Source: Armatimonadota bacterium (GTDB lineage Bacteria; Armatimonadota; UBA5829; DTLH01). Taken from it: DNA of 64,000 nucleotides. Each line of letters begins with the position of its first letter. Positions within the stretch are counted from its first letter, which is position 1. Below, piece after piece: positions 40,434-49,876 of this stretch. A program made the position numbers and the translations under genes. The stretch lies in NCBI GenBank assembly GCA_039680575.1, contig JBDKSP010000088.1, positions 63 through 64,062 on the forward strand, written 5' to 3'. Under the pieces are notes generated by a model. It saw nothing but the letters and a program-made list of their open reading frames with translations, ran no database searches and was not told where the DNA came from.

Positions 40434-40934
40434 ATGGACAAAAGAATAAACTTAATAATACTTTTACTCATCATTTCCGTAAGTGCGCCTGTTTATGCAG
40501 GGACATTTTCAGATAAGGTGGGTGATTTTACGTTCCCGGCGATAGGGATAGCCGCTGCGTTTCCTGCGATGGAAGGTTCTGATGGTTTGGCGGAGGCAGC
40601 TCGACGCTGCGATGGTGTGCTTGTGGCGCTTTCCGTGACTGGACTGCTCAAAGAAAGCGTTCACGAGTGGCGGCCTGACCGGAGTGATGACAAGAGTTTT
40701 CCAAGCGGGCATACAGCAGCGGCTTTTGCGCTTGCCGGAACGCTCTCGGAAGAGTATCCCAAAGATAAGTGGCTGTATTACGGTCTTGCAGCGCTTATCG
40801 GCTGGTCCAGAGTCGACAGCGATAAACACCACTGGCACGATGTTGCGGCGGGGGCAGTTATTGGATATGCTTCCGGGAAATGGTCAGCAGGAAGCAGCGA
40901 CGGAATATTAATAGGTAAGGTTTTCAGGTGGTAA
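40434..40934 (+). CDS. PAP2-family (type 2 phosphatidic acid phosphatase-like) periplasmic phosphatase
   Basis: Signal peptide plus PAP2 motifs (KESVHEWRP, PSGHTAAAFA, SRVDSDKHHWHDV). Confidence 0.7.
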   Translation: MDKRINLIILLLIISVSAPVYAGTFSDKVGDFTFPAIGIAAAFPAMEGSDGLAEAARRCDGVLVALSVTGLLKESVHEWRPDRSDDKSFPSGHTAAAFALAGTLSEEYPKDKWLYYGLAALIGWSRVDSDKHHWHDVAAGAVIGYASGKWSAGSSDGILIGKVFRW

Positions 40935-40935
40935 T

Positions 40936-41979
40936 ATGGTAAGAGTCGGAATTATTGGCGCTTCCGGTTATGCCGGAGGCGAGTTGATCAGGTATCTGCT
41001 TGGACATCGAGAGGCAAAGATTACTTATCTTGCCTCAGACACATATAGGGGAAAACACATCGGAAACGCATTTCCGAGCTTGCTCGGGCATGACTTACCG
41101 CAGTGCAGTTCCTTCAGCGAAGACGGCGGTATGGACCGGGCGGATGTATTCTTCCTCGCTCAGCGCAATGGATGGGCTATGAAGATCGCTCCTCAGCTCC
41201 TGGATGAAGGAAAGAAGGTCATCGACATATCAGCGGACTTCAGGTTCCGCGATGCCGGAGTCTACGAGCAGTGGTATAAAACCGAGCATATCACCAAAGA
41301 TCTGTCTCGAAAGGCTGTCTACGGGCTGCCTGAGTTAAAAAAAGAGTCGATTGTTTCGGCGTCCCTCATCGCAAACCCTGGATGCTACCCGACCAGCGCG
41401 ATTCTTGCTCTCGCCCCGGCTGTGTCATCGGGATTGGTCGATCCGTCAGGGATAATCGTAGACTCCAAATCCGGGCTTTCAGGAGCCGGGCGAAGCAAAT
41501 TCGAGGTGGGCTATCTTTTCTCTGAGGTGGACGGCAGTTTTAAGCCTTACGGCGTCGGCACCCATCGCCACACGCCCGAGATAGAACAGGAAATATCCGA
41601 ACTGGCCGGAAAATCTGTTTGCATGAGCTTCACTCCGCACCTCGTGCCGATGATCCGGGGGATTCTGACCACGGCGTACGCCTCTCTCACGAGAGACGCG
41701 GCAACAGCGGATGTTATCAAGATGTATAAAGAGTATTATGCCAAGTCGCAGTTCGTGGTCGTTCTGGGTGAAGGGCAGTATCCTTCCACCAAGAGCGTCG
41801 CAGGGACGAACTACTGCCATATCGGCTTAAAAGTAGATAACCGCACGGGCCGGTTGATCGTAATGTCGGCGATTGATAATATGGGCAAAGGAGCAGCGGG
41901 CCAGGCGGTTCAGAATCTGAACCTGATATCCGGCCTGCCGGAAGACATGGGGCTTACCGGCACGGCGGTTTACCCGTAA
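40936..41979 (+). CDS. argC: N-acetyl-gamma-glutamyl-phosphate reductase
   Basis: Starts MVRVGIIGASGYAGGEL; catalytic-Cys motif GCYPT. Confidence 0.9.
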   Translation: MVRVGIIGASGYAGGELIRYLLGHREAKITYLASDTYRGKHIGNAFPSLLGHDLPQCSSFSEDGGMDRADVFFLAQRNGWAMKIAPQLLDEGKKVIDISADFRFRDAGVYEQWYKTEHITKDLSRKAVYGLPELKKESIVSASLIANPGCYPTSAILALAPAVSSGLVDPSGIIVDSKSGLSGAGRSKFEVGYLFSEVDGSFKPYGVGTHRHTPEIEQEISELAGKSVCMSFTPHLVPMIRGILTTAYASLTRDAATADVIKMYKEYYAKSQFVVVLGEGQYPSTKSVAGTNYCHIGLKVDNRTGRLIVMSAIDNMGKGAAGQAVQNLNLISGLPEDMGLTGTAVYP

Positions 41980-41983
41980 TAAG

Positions 41984-43186
41984 ATGATGAAGAAAATAGA
42001 AGGCGCGGTGACTGCGCCAAAAGGGTTTTCGGCAGCGGGAGTACGCTGTGGGATAAAGGCGCAGGGGACTGACCTTGCCCTCATCGTTTCAGATGTGGAC
42101 GCAAGCTGCGCGGGGCTGTTTACTACCAACGTTTTCAAGGCTGCGCCTGTTCTGGTATCGTCCGAACACGCCTCATCAGGATACGCCAGGGCTATCGTAG
42201 CCAACAGCGGCAATGCGAACGCCTGCACAGGCGAGCGCGGCATAAATGACGCCGTTCGCATGACAAACCTTGTGGCGGATGCGTCCGGGCTTAATCTTAA
42301 CGACGTAATGGTCTGCTCGACTGGCGTTATCGGCCATTTCCTGCCGATGGATAAGATCGAGACTGGGATTAAAGCCGCGGCAAAGGCGCTTTCACCGGGC
42401 GGCGGCCTCGATGCTGCCCGTGCGATAATGACAACAGACCTCCGCATGAAGGCTGTAGCCTATGAGTTTGAAATCAACGGTAAACCCGTCAGGATGGGGG
42501 CGATTGCTAAAGGCTCCGGGATGATATGCCCGAATGTCGCCACCATGTTCTGTTTTATCACGACGGACGCCGCCATCGAGCCGGAAGTCCTTCATTCATG
42601 TCTGGCGAAGTCGGCTGAGTGCTCTTTCAACAGCCTGACAGTCGATGGGGACACGAGCACGAATGATTCCGTGATAATGCTGGCAAACGGCCTTGCGGGG
42701 AACAAAAAGATCGAGCTTGGAACGCCTGCTCTTGAGGTATTTCAATCGGCGCTCGACACCATTACAGTCGAATTCGCCCGCGAGATAGCGCGTGACGGTG
42801 AAGGCGCGACGAAGCTCGTCGAAGTAGTGGTCAAAAATGCCGCTGGGTACCAGGATGCCAAAACCATAGCTCTGACCATCGCCAATTCGCCGCTCGTCAA
42901 GACCGCGGTCTTCGGTGAAGACCCCAACTGGGGCAGAATCCTTGCTGCTGCCGGCAGGTCCGGTGTAAAACTCGATCCGGTAAAGACCGATCTTTACCTG
43001 GGCGATGTCTTGATCGTACAAAACGGCAATCCGCTCGATCTTTCCGCCGATGAAGCCCGCCGCCCGATGCTCGAACCGGAGATTGTGGTAACGCTGGATC
43101 TCAATATGGGCAGCTCATCAGCAAAAGTCTTCACTTGCGACTTCTCATACGACTACATCAAAATCAACGCAGAGTATCATACGTAG
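41984..43186 (+). CDS. argJ: bifunctional ornithine acetyltransferase/N-acetylglutamate synthase
   Basis: ArgJ fold with the autoproteolytic site ATMF-TTDA. Confidence 0.9.
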   Translation: MMKKIEGAVTAPKGFSAAGVRCGIKAQGTDLALIVSDVDASCAGLFTTNVFKAAPVLVSSEHASSGYARAIVANSGNANACTGERGINDAVRMTNLVADASGLNLNDVMVCSTGVIGHFLPMDKIETGIKAAAKALSPGGGLDAARAIMTTDLRMKAVAYEFEINGKPVRMGAIAKGSGMICPNVATMFCFITTDAAIEPEVLHSCLAKSAECSFNSLTVDGDTSTNDSVIMLANGLAGNKKIELGTPALEVFQSALDTITVEFAREIARDGEGATKLVEVVVKNAAGYQDAKTIALTIANSPLVKTAVFGEDPNWGRILAAAGRSGVKLDPVKTDLYLGDVLIVQNGNPLDLSADEARRPMLEPEIVVTLDLNMGSSSAKVFTCDFSYDYIKINAEYHT

Positions 43187-43190
43187 TTAT

Positions 43191-43563
43191 AGGGAATAGG
43201 GAACAGGGAACAGAAAATATGGCCGGGCTTCACTCCTCTCGGTAGGGGTTTGTAATCCCTACCGGAAAGACAAATAAGGCATCTCTGATGCCGGGCGTGT
43301 AAGTTGAGACTATAAATTACACTTCCGGGATCGGAGATCCCTCTTTTGCCCGTCCGGGCTGTATTGCAAATACAGCCCGAGTGAGTCCCGTAAACCTTCT
43401 CTATTTCTATGCTTCGGGATCGCTTTTTATCCCGAAGCACAATGACCACTAATCTACCGTAAGCTGCGGGAATTGAATAGTAGAAATATGATAGATTATA
43501 CTAAACCTGCCATTCCCGCAGCATATAAAATCCTAAATCCTTCCCTATTCCCCTTCCCTGTAC
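43191..43563. mobile_element. Candidate ~370-bp MITE-like element bounded by inverted AGGGAA-triplet repeats
   Basis: AGGGAATAGGGAACAGGGAACAG (43191-43213) faces CTTCCCTATTCCCCTTCCCTGTAC (43540-43563) in inverted orientation. The interior carries two other genome-repeated palindromes and no ORF. It starts 5 nt after the argJ stop, next to tRNA-Leu. Speculative. Confidence 0.25.
43410..43439. repeat. REP-like hairpin TGCTTCGGGA-N10-TCCCGAAGCA
   Basis: Third perfect copy of the arms seen at 2584 and 6789. A GCTGCGGGAAT/ATTCCCGCAGC hairpin follows at 43463-43522. Confidence 0.5.
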
Positions 43564-43644
43564 ATCCGTTCGCTTGCTTGCTCCTAAGCTATGGTGATGG
43601 TATAATTTATTGTTTTGGATGTGCAGCCGTTTCGAGGGGGTTAC

Positions 43645-43730
43645 TGGTGCCGAAGGTGGGACTCGAACCCACACAAGGTCGCCCTTACCGGTTTTTGAGA
43701 CCGGCGCGTCTACCATTCCGCCACTTCGGC
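43645..43730 (-). tRNA. tRNA-Leu (anticodon CAA)
   Basis: Reverse complement folds as a class II tRNA with a long variable arm: anticodon loop CTCAAAA, T-arm GGGTTCGAGTCCC, encoded CCA. Confidence 0.9.
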
Positions 43731-43800
43731 AAGCATCTTATTATATGAATTCACTGATCTAAAGTCAAGACAGGGAATTGGAAGGTCTGCAATAAACAAC

Positions 43801-46539
43801 ATGAAAGATAACGGCGAAAGCCGGAGACATAAACTTGTAGCGATAGACGGAAACAGCCTGCTATACAGGGCGTTTTTTGCGATGAAGCACCTGTCCACGA
43901 TAAGCGGCCAGCCGACTAACGCTGTCTACGGCTTCACGATGATGCTCCTCAGGCTGCTCCAGGAGGAGAAGCCCGATTCCATAATCGTGGCGTTCGATGC
44001 GCCCGTCAAGACGTTCCGCCACAAGGAATATGACGGGTATAAAGCCCACCGCAAGCCCACTCCTGATGAGCTTCTTTCTCAGGCTCCGATTGCGCGTGAG
44101 ATGGTCGAAGCGTTCAGGATCCCTATGGTGGAAGTTCCCGGCTTTGAGGCGGACGATGTTATCGGCACAGTCGCAAGGCAGGCGTGTGAGCAGGGCTACG
44201 ATACGCTGATAGTTACCGGCGACCTCGATGCGCTTCAGCTCGTAAACGACTGCGTGAAGGTTATGACCACTGTAAAAGGTGTCACCGACACGGTTGTCTA
44301 CGATGCGCGGGCAGTGGAGGACAGGTTTGGCATAACCCCGGAGCAGATGGTCGATTTCAAGGCGCTGAAGGGCGACCCATCAGACAACATACCAGGAGTG
44401 TCCGGGGTAGGGGACAAGACCGCTGCGACGCTCGTGAAGCGGTTCGGGAATGTCGAAACGCTCCTTGAGCATCTAGATGAAATAGAACAGCCCAAACTTC
44501 GCGCTACGCTGGAGCAGTCGGTCGAGCTGGCGAAGATGTCCAAATACCTCGCGCAGATCGTGACGGATGTGCCGTTCCAATATACTTTGGATGACTTGAA
44601 GACCCGCGAGCCGGATTACGAAAGGCTGCGCGAGCTGTTCCGTGAGCTGGAGTTCAGAACACTCTTGAAGAGACTCCCTGAGCCGGAGTCTGGAGAGACC
44701 GTAGAAGACAGGCCGAAGGTGGAACTCGGAGCATGCGGCACGGTCGAGAGTGATAAAGAGCTTTCGGAACTGATAGAGCGGCTTAAATTGGCAGGTCAGT
44801 TTGCGCTTCGGGTCCACAGAACGCAAGGAAAGCCGACAGAGAGTGACCTTATCGGGATTTCCTTTTCTACCGGCTCAGGAGAAACGTCCTATGTAAGGAT
44901 TTCCGGCAGCGAAGACCCCAAAAACGGTGAACAAGGTCTCTTGATCGATTTCGGAGAAAGCCCATTCGCCGTGGATGTGGCTGCATTTCGGGATATTTTC
45001 GAGTCCTGCGCCCTTCTCAAATATGGACATGACCTGAAATCGGACTATGAAGCACTCAAGCTGCGAGGTGTCAAACTTTGTGGAATGAGCTTTGACACTA
45101 TGATAGGAGCGTACGTGCTGAACTCGGCGAGAAGCGGCTACGCGGTCAACGATGTCGCTTTCGAGCAGCTCGGACTTGAGCTTCCTCAGATAGACCGCAG
45201 GTCGAAGGACAAAGATTCGCAACCTAGCCCTGAGAAGGTGATTTGTGCGGAGGCGGAAGCCGTAGGGCGGCTGGTCCCGGTACTCCGCGAAAAGCTGGAA
45301 CAAGATGACCTGATGGTACTTCTCGAAAAGATAGAGATGCCGCTCATCCCTGTCCTTGCGGATATGGAGCTTCGCGGCGTATCTGTCGATACGGCGTATC
45401 TGAGACAGCTTTCCGTGAGGCTGAACGATAGAATACGGGAGCTTGAGCACGAAATTTACGGTCTGGCAGGCCACGAATTTAACATAGGGTCTCCAAAGCA
45501 GCTTCAGGCGGTGCTTTACGAAGAGCGTCAGATACCTGTAGGCAAGAAAACCAAGACGGGCTATTCGACCGATGCCGAAACGCTCGAATCGCTTGCTGTA
45601 GTGCATCCGATAGTCGCGAAAATACTCGAGTGGCGCGAGTTTTCGAAGCTCAAATCGACCTATGCAGATGCGCTTCCTAAACTGATTAACCCGAAAACTG
45701 GGAGAATCCATACATCGCTCAACCAGGCCGTGACCACGACCGGAAGGCTCTCGTCGAGCGAGCCGAATTTGCAGAACATACCGGTCCGAACAGAGATCGG
45801 CCGCGAGATAAGAAAAGCCTTTGTCTCGACAGGCGGGAACCTGCTGGTCGCGGCGGACTACTCGCAGATCGAGCTTAGAATACTCGCACATATAACGGAT
45901 GATTTCGAGCTTGTGAGGGCGTTCGAGTCGGGTGAGGACATTCACCTGCACACGGCTTCTACTGTATTCGGCATCCCTGAGAGTGAAGTTACCTCGGATA
46001 TGAGGCGGATCGCAAAGACGGTCAATTTTGCCGTTATCTACGGAATGAGTGACTTCGGCCTTGCCCGTGAACTCGGTATTCCGAACAGAGAAGCCAGGAA
46101 TTTTATCGACCGGTACTTCGCAAAGTTTCTCGGGGTCAGACGCTATACAGATGAAACAGTGGAGTATGCGAGGGAAAAGGGGTATGTAACGACGCTCGTC
46201 GGGCGCAGGCGGTACATTCCCGAAATCCACAGCGGAAACAGGAATTTCAGGCTGTTTGCCGAACGCGCTGCTGTGAATATGCCTATCCAGGGCGCTGCGG
46301 CAGACATGATGAAGCTCGCGATGATCGCCGTGGACCGCGCGCTCGAAAAAGAAGGGTTGAAGACCCAGATGATCCTGCAGGTCCATGATGAATTGGTGTT
46401 TGAAGTCCCGCCTGAAGAAGTTGACCGGGTAGTCCCGTTGGTGAAGAATTTGATGGAAACCGCGTATCCTCTGGCTGTGCCGCTCCTGGCGGACGTAAAA
46501 ATTGGGAAGAATTGGGCAGAAATGGAGCCGGTCTCTTGA
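43801..46539 (+). CDS. polA: DNA polymerase I
   Basis: 5'-3' exonuclease, 3'-5' exonuclease and family-A polymerase domains (RRxAKxxNFGxxYG, QVHDELVFE). Confidence 0.95.
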   Translation: MKDNGESRRHKLVAIDGNSLLYRAFFAMKHLSTISGQPTNAVYGFTMMLLRLLQEEKPDSIIVAFDAPVKTFRHKEYDGYKAHRKPTPDELLSQAPIAREMVEAFRIPMVEVPGFEADDVIGTVARQACEQGYDTLIVTGDLDALQLVNDCVKVMTTVKGVTDTVVYDARAVEDRFGITPEQMVDFKALKGDPSDNIPGVSGVGDKTAATLVKRFGNVETLLEHLDEIEQPKLRATLEQSVELAKMSKYLAQIVTDVPFQYTLDDLKTREPDYERLRELFRELEFRTLLKRLPEPESGETVEDRPKVELGACGTVESDKELSELIERLKLAGQFALRVHRTQGKPTESDLIGISFSTGSGETSYVRISGSEDPKNGEQGLLIDFGESPFAVDVAAFRDIFESCALLKYGHDLKSDYEALKLRGVKLCGMSFDTMIGAYVLNSARSGYAVNDVAFEQLGLELPQIDRRSKDKDSQPSPEKVICAEAEAVGRLVPVLREKLEQDDLMVLLEKIEMPLIPVLADMELRGVSVDTAYLRQLSVRLNDRIRELEHEIYGLAGHEFNIGSPKQLQAVLYEERQIPVGKKTKTGYSTDAETLESLAVVHPIVAKILEWREFSKLKSTYADALPKLINPKTGRIHTSLNQAVTTTGRLSSSEPNLQNIPVRTEIGREIRKAFVSTGGNLLVAADYSQIELRILAHITDDFELVRAFESGEDIHLHTASTVFGIPESEVTSDMRRIAKTVNFAVIYGMSDFGLARELGIPNREARNFIDRYFAKFLGVRRYTDETVEYAREKGYVTTLVGRRRYIPEIHSGNRNFRLFAERAAVNMPIQGAAADMMKLAMIAVDRALEKEGLKTQMILQVHDELVFEVPPEEVDRVVPLVKNLMETAYPLAVPLLADVKIGKNWAEMEPVS

Positions 46540-46839
46540 CGCAGGATTAAGTTAAGTTTATCATATACTTTGTGTGGCAATCCCCGTGCAGCACATACGT
46601 TGTTGCGCGGCTTCTTGTTTATACAGAATGTGTTTCGGAGCCGGGTTGAGCAGCAGTCAGCCCCGTGCGCCGTTCAGGCCTTTTCCGGTCAGGCTATACG
46701 GAAAGAAAACCGGTAACGATTGTGCTGTCGAAAACTCTGCTGCGGTTTTTGATCGACAAGTAAATTCGGGATCCGCATACGATACGGCGATGTCGTGTTG
46801 TTTTACGGGTGATTCCCAGTGAGAGGAGTATCCTAACAG

Positions 46840-48570
46840 ATGCTGGACGAGAATAAAGACCAAGAGACGAACTCCGCGGCCAATGAGTGGTCGGGAACGC
46901 CGTTCCAGGGCTGGAAAGATTCTGAGAATGGGGAGACTGAAGTGCAGGGAGAAGAGGGACAGGTGGTCGATCCTGTAAAAGAAGAGATGACGGGGACGGA
47001 AACCCCCGGTGATTCAAACGAGGATACGACGCTTGCTGAGGAGCCTTCGAAATCGAATGAAAGTCCGGTCGAAGAACCGGCTGAAGAGCTCGAAAGCAAT
47101 CAGCCCGCACCCCAGGATAACGCGGGTCAGCCCGTGGATTATTCCCGGACTTTCCGCTCGCTCCAGGAAGGTGATGTCGTTAAGGGAGTCGTTGTTCATA
47201 TAGACAAAGAAGGCGTGCTGGTCGATGTGGGCACTAAGTCCGAGGGAATTGTCCGTCCGCACGAACTGAGCCGACAGGCTAATCTTCAACCGGAAGAAGT
47301 CGTTCAGGTCGGGGACAAGATCGATGTATATGTAATGCAGTCCGAAGATCAGGACGGCGGACTGGTGCTTTCCAAAAAACGAGCCGACTTCGAGCGCGCA
47401 TGGGAGCGCGTAGAAGAGGCTCATCGAAGCGGCAAGACTCTTACAGCTATGGTTTCCGACCGGGTCAAGGGCGGAATCGTAGTCGATCTGGGCATCCGTG
47501 GGTTCGTTCCGGCTTCCCATGTTGGAAGCGGCAAGATTAAGAACCTGGATAAGTACGTCGGGCAATCGATTCCGCTGAAGGTAATCGAAGTAGACCGTGA
47601 CCGCCGGAAGGTCGTTCTTTCCAACAGACTTGCAACCGAGGACGAGCGGGAGAAGCTGAGAGCGGAAACACTCAAAACGCTTGCTGAGGGACAGATCAGA
47701 ACCGGCGTCGTGCGCAGGATTACAGATTACGGCGCATTCGTCGATCTGGGCGGTATCGATGGACTGCTTCATATCAGCGAGATGTCATGGACGAGGATCA
47801 AGCATCCTTCCGATGTCGTCAAAGTCGGAGATAAGATTCAGGTGATGGTCCTTAAGCTCAACTTGGACCAGGGAAAGGTTTCCCTTGGACTCAGGCAGAT
47901 CCTGCCGGATCCGTGGGCTGAAGTGGAAGCCAGATACCATGTCGGCGACATTATCAAGGGTAATGTCTCACGGCTGGTCCCGTTTGGCGCGTTCGTTCAG
48001 GTCGAAGGCGGTATCGAGGGTATTATCCCCAACTCCGAGCTTGCGGTTCGCCGAGTAAGCAAGCCTGAGGATGTGGTATCCGTGGGCCAGGAAGTCGAGA
48101 TTAAAGTCATCGATGTCCGACCCGAGGAGCGCAGAATGACGCTGTCGCTCAGACAGCTTCAGCCGCAGCCCCAGGAGCGTGTAAGGGAGCGATCTGAGTC
48201 ATCCAATTATGGCTCATATACCCGGGAAGAGCCCAAGACGACCATTGGCGATCTGTTCGGTGATATGATCCGCGAAGCCAGAGTCGAGCGCCGCGAGAGA
48301 AAGCGCCGCGAACGCGAGGAAGCCGATGATGTCGAGATGTCTGTCGACGTAGAAGAGCCGATGTTCCCTGAGCCGGCTGAAACAGTCGAAGAGACTCCCG
48401 AAGTAGTTGAAGCTGTCGAAGAAACTCCGGCTGCAGAGGAGGAGACCCCTGCTGAGACTGCTCAGGAAGCCGTCGAGGCTGTAGAGGTATCAGAAGAGCC
48501 GAAAGTTCTGGCCGAAGAGATAGAGACTTCCGAGCCCGCAGCTGAGGGTGAGGAGCCTAAGACCGAGTAA
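46840..48570 (+). CDS. rpsA: 30S ribosomal protein S1 with acidic N- and C-terminal extensions
   Basis: Four recognisable S1 domains (GxV..I...GA.V..G). A ~105-aa acidic N-terminal region and a ~90-aa Glu-rich C-terminal tail. Confidence 0.85.
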   Translation: MLDENKDQETNSAANEWSGTPFQGWKDSENGETEVQGEEGQVVDPVKEEMTGTETPGDSNEDTTLAEEPSKSNESPVEEPAEELESNQPAPQDNAGQPVDYSRTFRSLQEGDVVKGVVVHIDKEGVLVDVGTKSEGIVRPHELSRQANLQPEEVVQVGDKIDVYVMQSEDQDGGLVLSKKRADFERAWERVEEAHRSGKTLTAMVSDRVKGGIVVDLGIRGFVPASHVGSGKIKNLDKYVGQSIPLKVIEVDRDRRKVVLSNRLATEDEREKLRAETLKTLAEGQIRTGVVRRITDYGAFVDLGGIDGLLHISEMSWTRIKHPSDVVKVGDKIQVMVLKLNLDQGKVSLGLRQILPDPWAEVEARYHVGDIIKGNVSRLVPFGAFVQVEGGIEGIIPNSELAVRRVSKPEDVVSVGQEVEIKVIDVRPEERRMTLSLRQLQPQPQERVRERSESSNYGSYTREEPKTTIGDLFGDMIREARVERRERKRREREEADDVEMSVDVEEPMFPEPAETVEETPEVVEAVEETPAAEEETPAETAQEAVEAVEVSEEPKVLAEEIETSEPAAEGEEPKTE

Positions 48571-48595
48571 ACGCAGGCTTAGCCTGATTTAGTGT

Positions 48596-48634
48596 AAAAA
48601 AGCCGCATGAATCAGTTTCATGCGGCTTTTTTTG
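48596..48634 (+). terminator. rho-independent terminator after rpsA (bidirectional shape)
   Basis: AAAAA-AGCCGCATGA-ATCAGTT-TCATGCGGCT-TTTTTTT, 26 nt after the rpsA stop. Confidence 0.8.
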
Positions 48635-48793
48635 CCTTTTCTCGCTTCTACCAGGCAAGCATGGGCATGTTCAAGTGTAAGTTGAAATGTTGGACTATTA
48701 ACAATCCATTTCTGCTGAAGGCTGATAGCTGACCACTGAAAGCTCAAAAGCACTTGCCTGCTTACTTCAAAATGATGTAATCTGTGTAGGACA

Positions 48794-49402
48794 ATGGGAA
48801 TTGTGCTTGGGATAACCGGCGGAATTGCAACCGGAAAGACGACGGTCACGGATATGTTTCGTGAGCTTGGCGCCGAGACTATATCGGCGGATGATGTTGC
48901 ACATGAAGTACTGGCGCCTGGAGCGCCGGTCATCGATGAGTTGGTCGAGAGGTTTGGTCATTCCATCATAAAACCCGATGGCAGCATAGACCGGAGCGCG
49001 CTGGCGGAAATAGTTTTCAAGAACCCCGAAGATTTAGCTGCGCTTAACGACATTACGCACCCTCCTATAATTGAGATCATTAAGGCTCGAATAAGAGAGT
49101 TCCGAAGCCGCGCAGGCAAGTGTGATGTGCTCGCGGTGGAGATTCCGCTCCTAATAGAATGCAAATTAATGGGACTTGTTGATAAAGTCATAGTCGTTGC
49201 AGCGGAACAAGAGACGCAGTTAATTCGTCTGACAACAAGAGGTTTCTCGTATGATGAGGCACTGCGGCGCATAGCTGCCCAGTTGCCGACCTCAGAGAAG
49301 CTCCATTATGCTGATGAAGTGGTCCGGACGGATGTGAGTCTGGAAGATACAAGACAGCAGGTGGAGCGAGTGTGGAAATTGGCACAAAGCTGCGACGAGT
49401 GA
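48794..49402 (+). CDS. coaE: dephospho-CoA kinase
   Basis: Starts LGITGGIATGKTTV; CoaE fold. Confidence 0.9.
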   Translation: MGIVLGITGGIATGKTTVTDMFRELGAETISADDVAHEVLAPGAPVIDELVERFGHSIIKPDGSIDRSALAEIVFKNPEDLAALNDITHPPIIEIIKARIREFRSRAGKCDVLAVEIPLLIECKLMGLVDKVIVVAAEQETQLIRLTTRGFSYDEALRRIAAQLPTSEKLHYADEVVRTDVSLEDTRQQVERVWKLAQSCDE

Positions 49403-49640
49403 AAAGTCTGGCTGTGCGAGAGGGATGTCATCGCAGCATAAACCGGTTTTGGCTGTGGTGTGATAGTGGTTTTATCTCCTACAGTGACCGGCACTCCTGT
49501 TGAAGGGCTCCCTGCTCATTAAAATTGCTTGCCTGATTCTTGGCAGTTATGCTATATTGGAACTAAATATACTGCTGACATTGTTTCTGTCTCGGCGTCC
49601 ATTGCCCGTCAGGCACGGTGTGCTTCAACAAGCTGGCAGA

Positions 49641-49665
49641 CGCTTCGGGGATTTTGCCCGAAGCG
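49641..49665. repeat. REP-like variant CGCTTCGGGG-N6-CCCGAAGCG in the long leader of the secreted-protein cluster
   Basis: Same GCTTCGGG/CCCGAAGC core as the other three copies. Confidence 0.4.
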
Positions 49666-49876
49666 CTGACCAAGAAAAGTTCGCGGGTGGACGAAATTGC
49701 GGGCTAATGATGGGATCATCTGTGAGTCCGGTCAATTACGTGGTCGCAGGGATAATCCACTGTCCGGCTGGTACAATTTGTAACAAATCGAACTTGCGCC
49801 ATCGGTATAAAGGCAGGTTGCCTGACCGGCACTTTGCTAACGGTGGTCGTAAAGATTCTTGGGGAGGAAGTTTTCG

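Noticed and set aside
44875-46386. 503-aa ORF on the minus strand
   Set aside because: Entirely antisense to the well-supported polA gene; Arg/His-rich low-complexity translation typical of a shadow ORF in GC-rich coding DNA.
46540-46839. Candidate rpsA promoter (TTGACG ... TATACT)
   Set aside because: Spacing between the hexamers is ~22 nt, too long for a confident sigma70 call.
47014-47772. 252-aa minus-strand ORF
   Set aside because: Antisense to rpsA.
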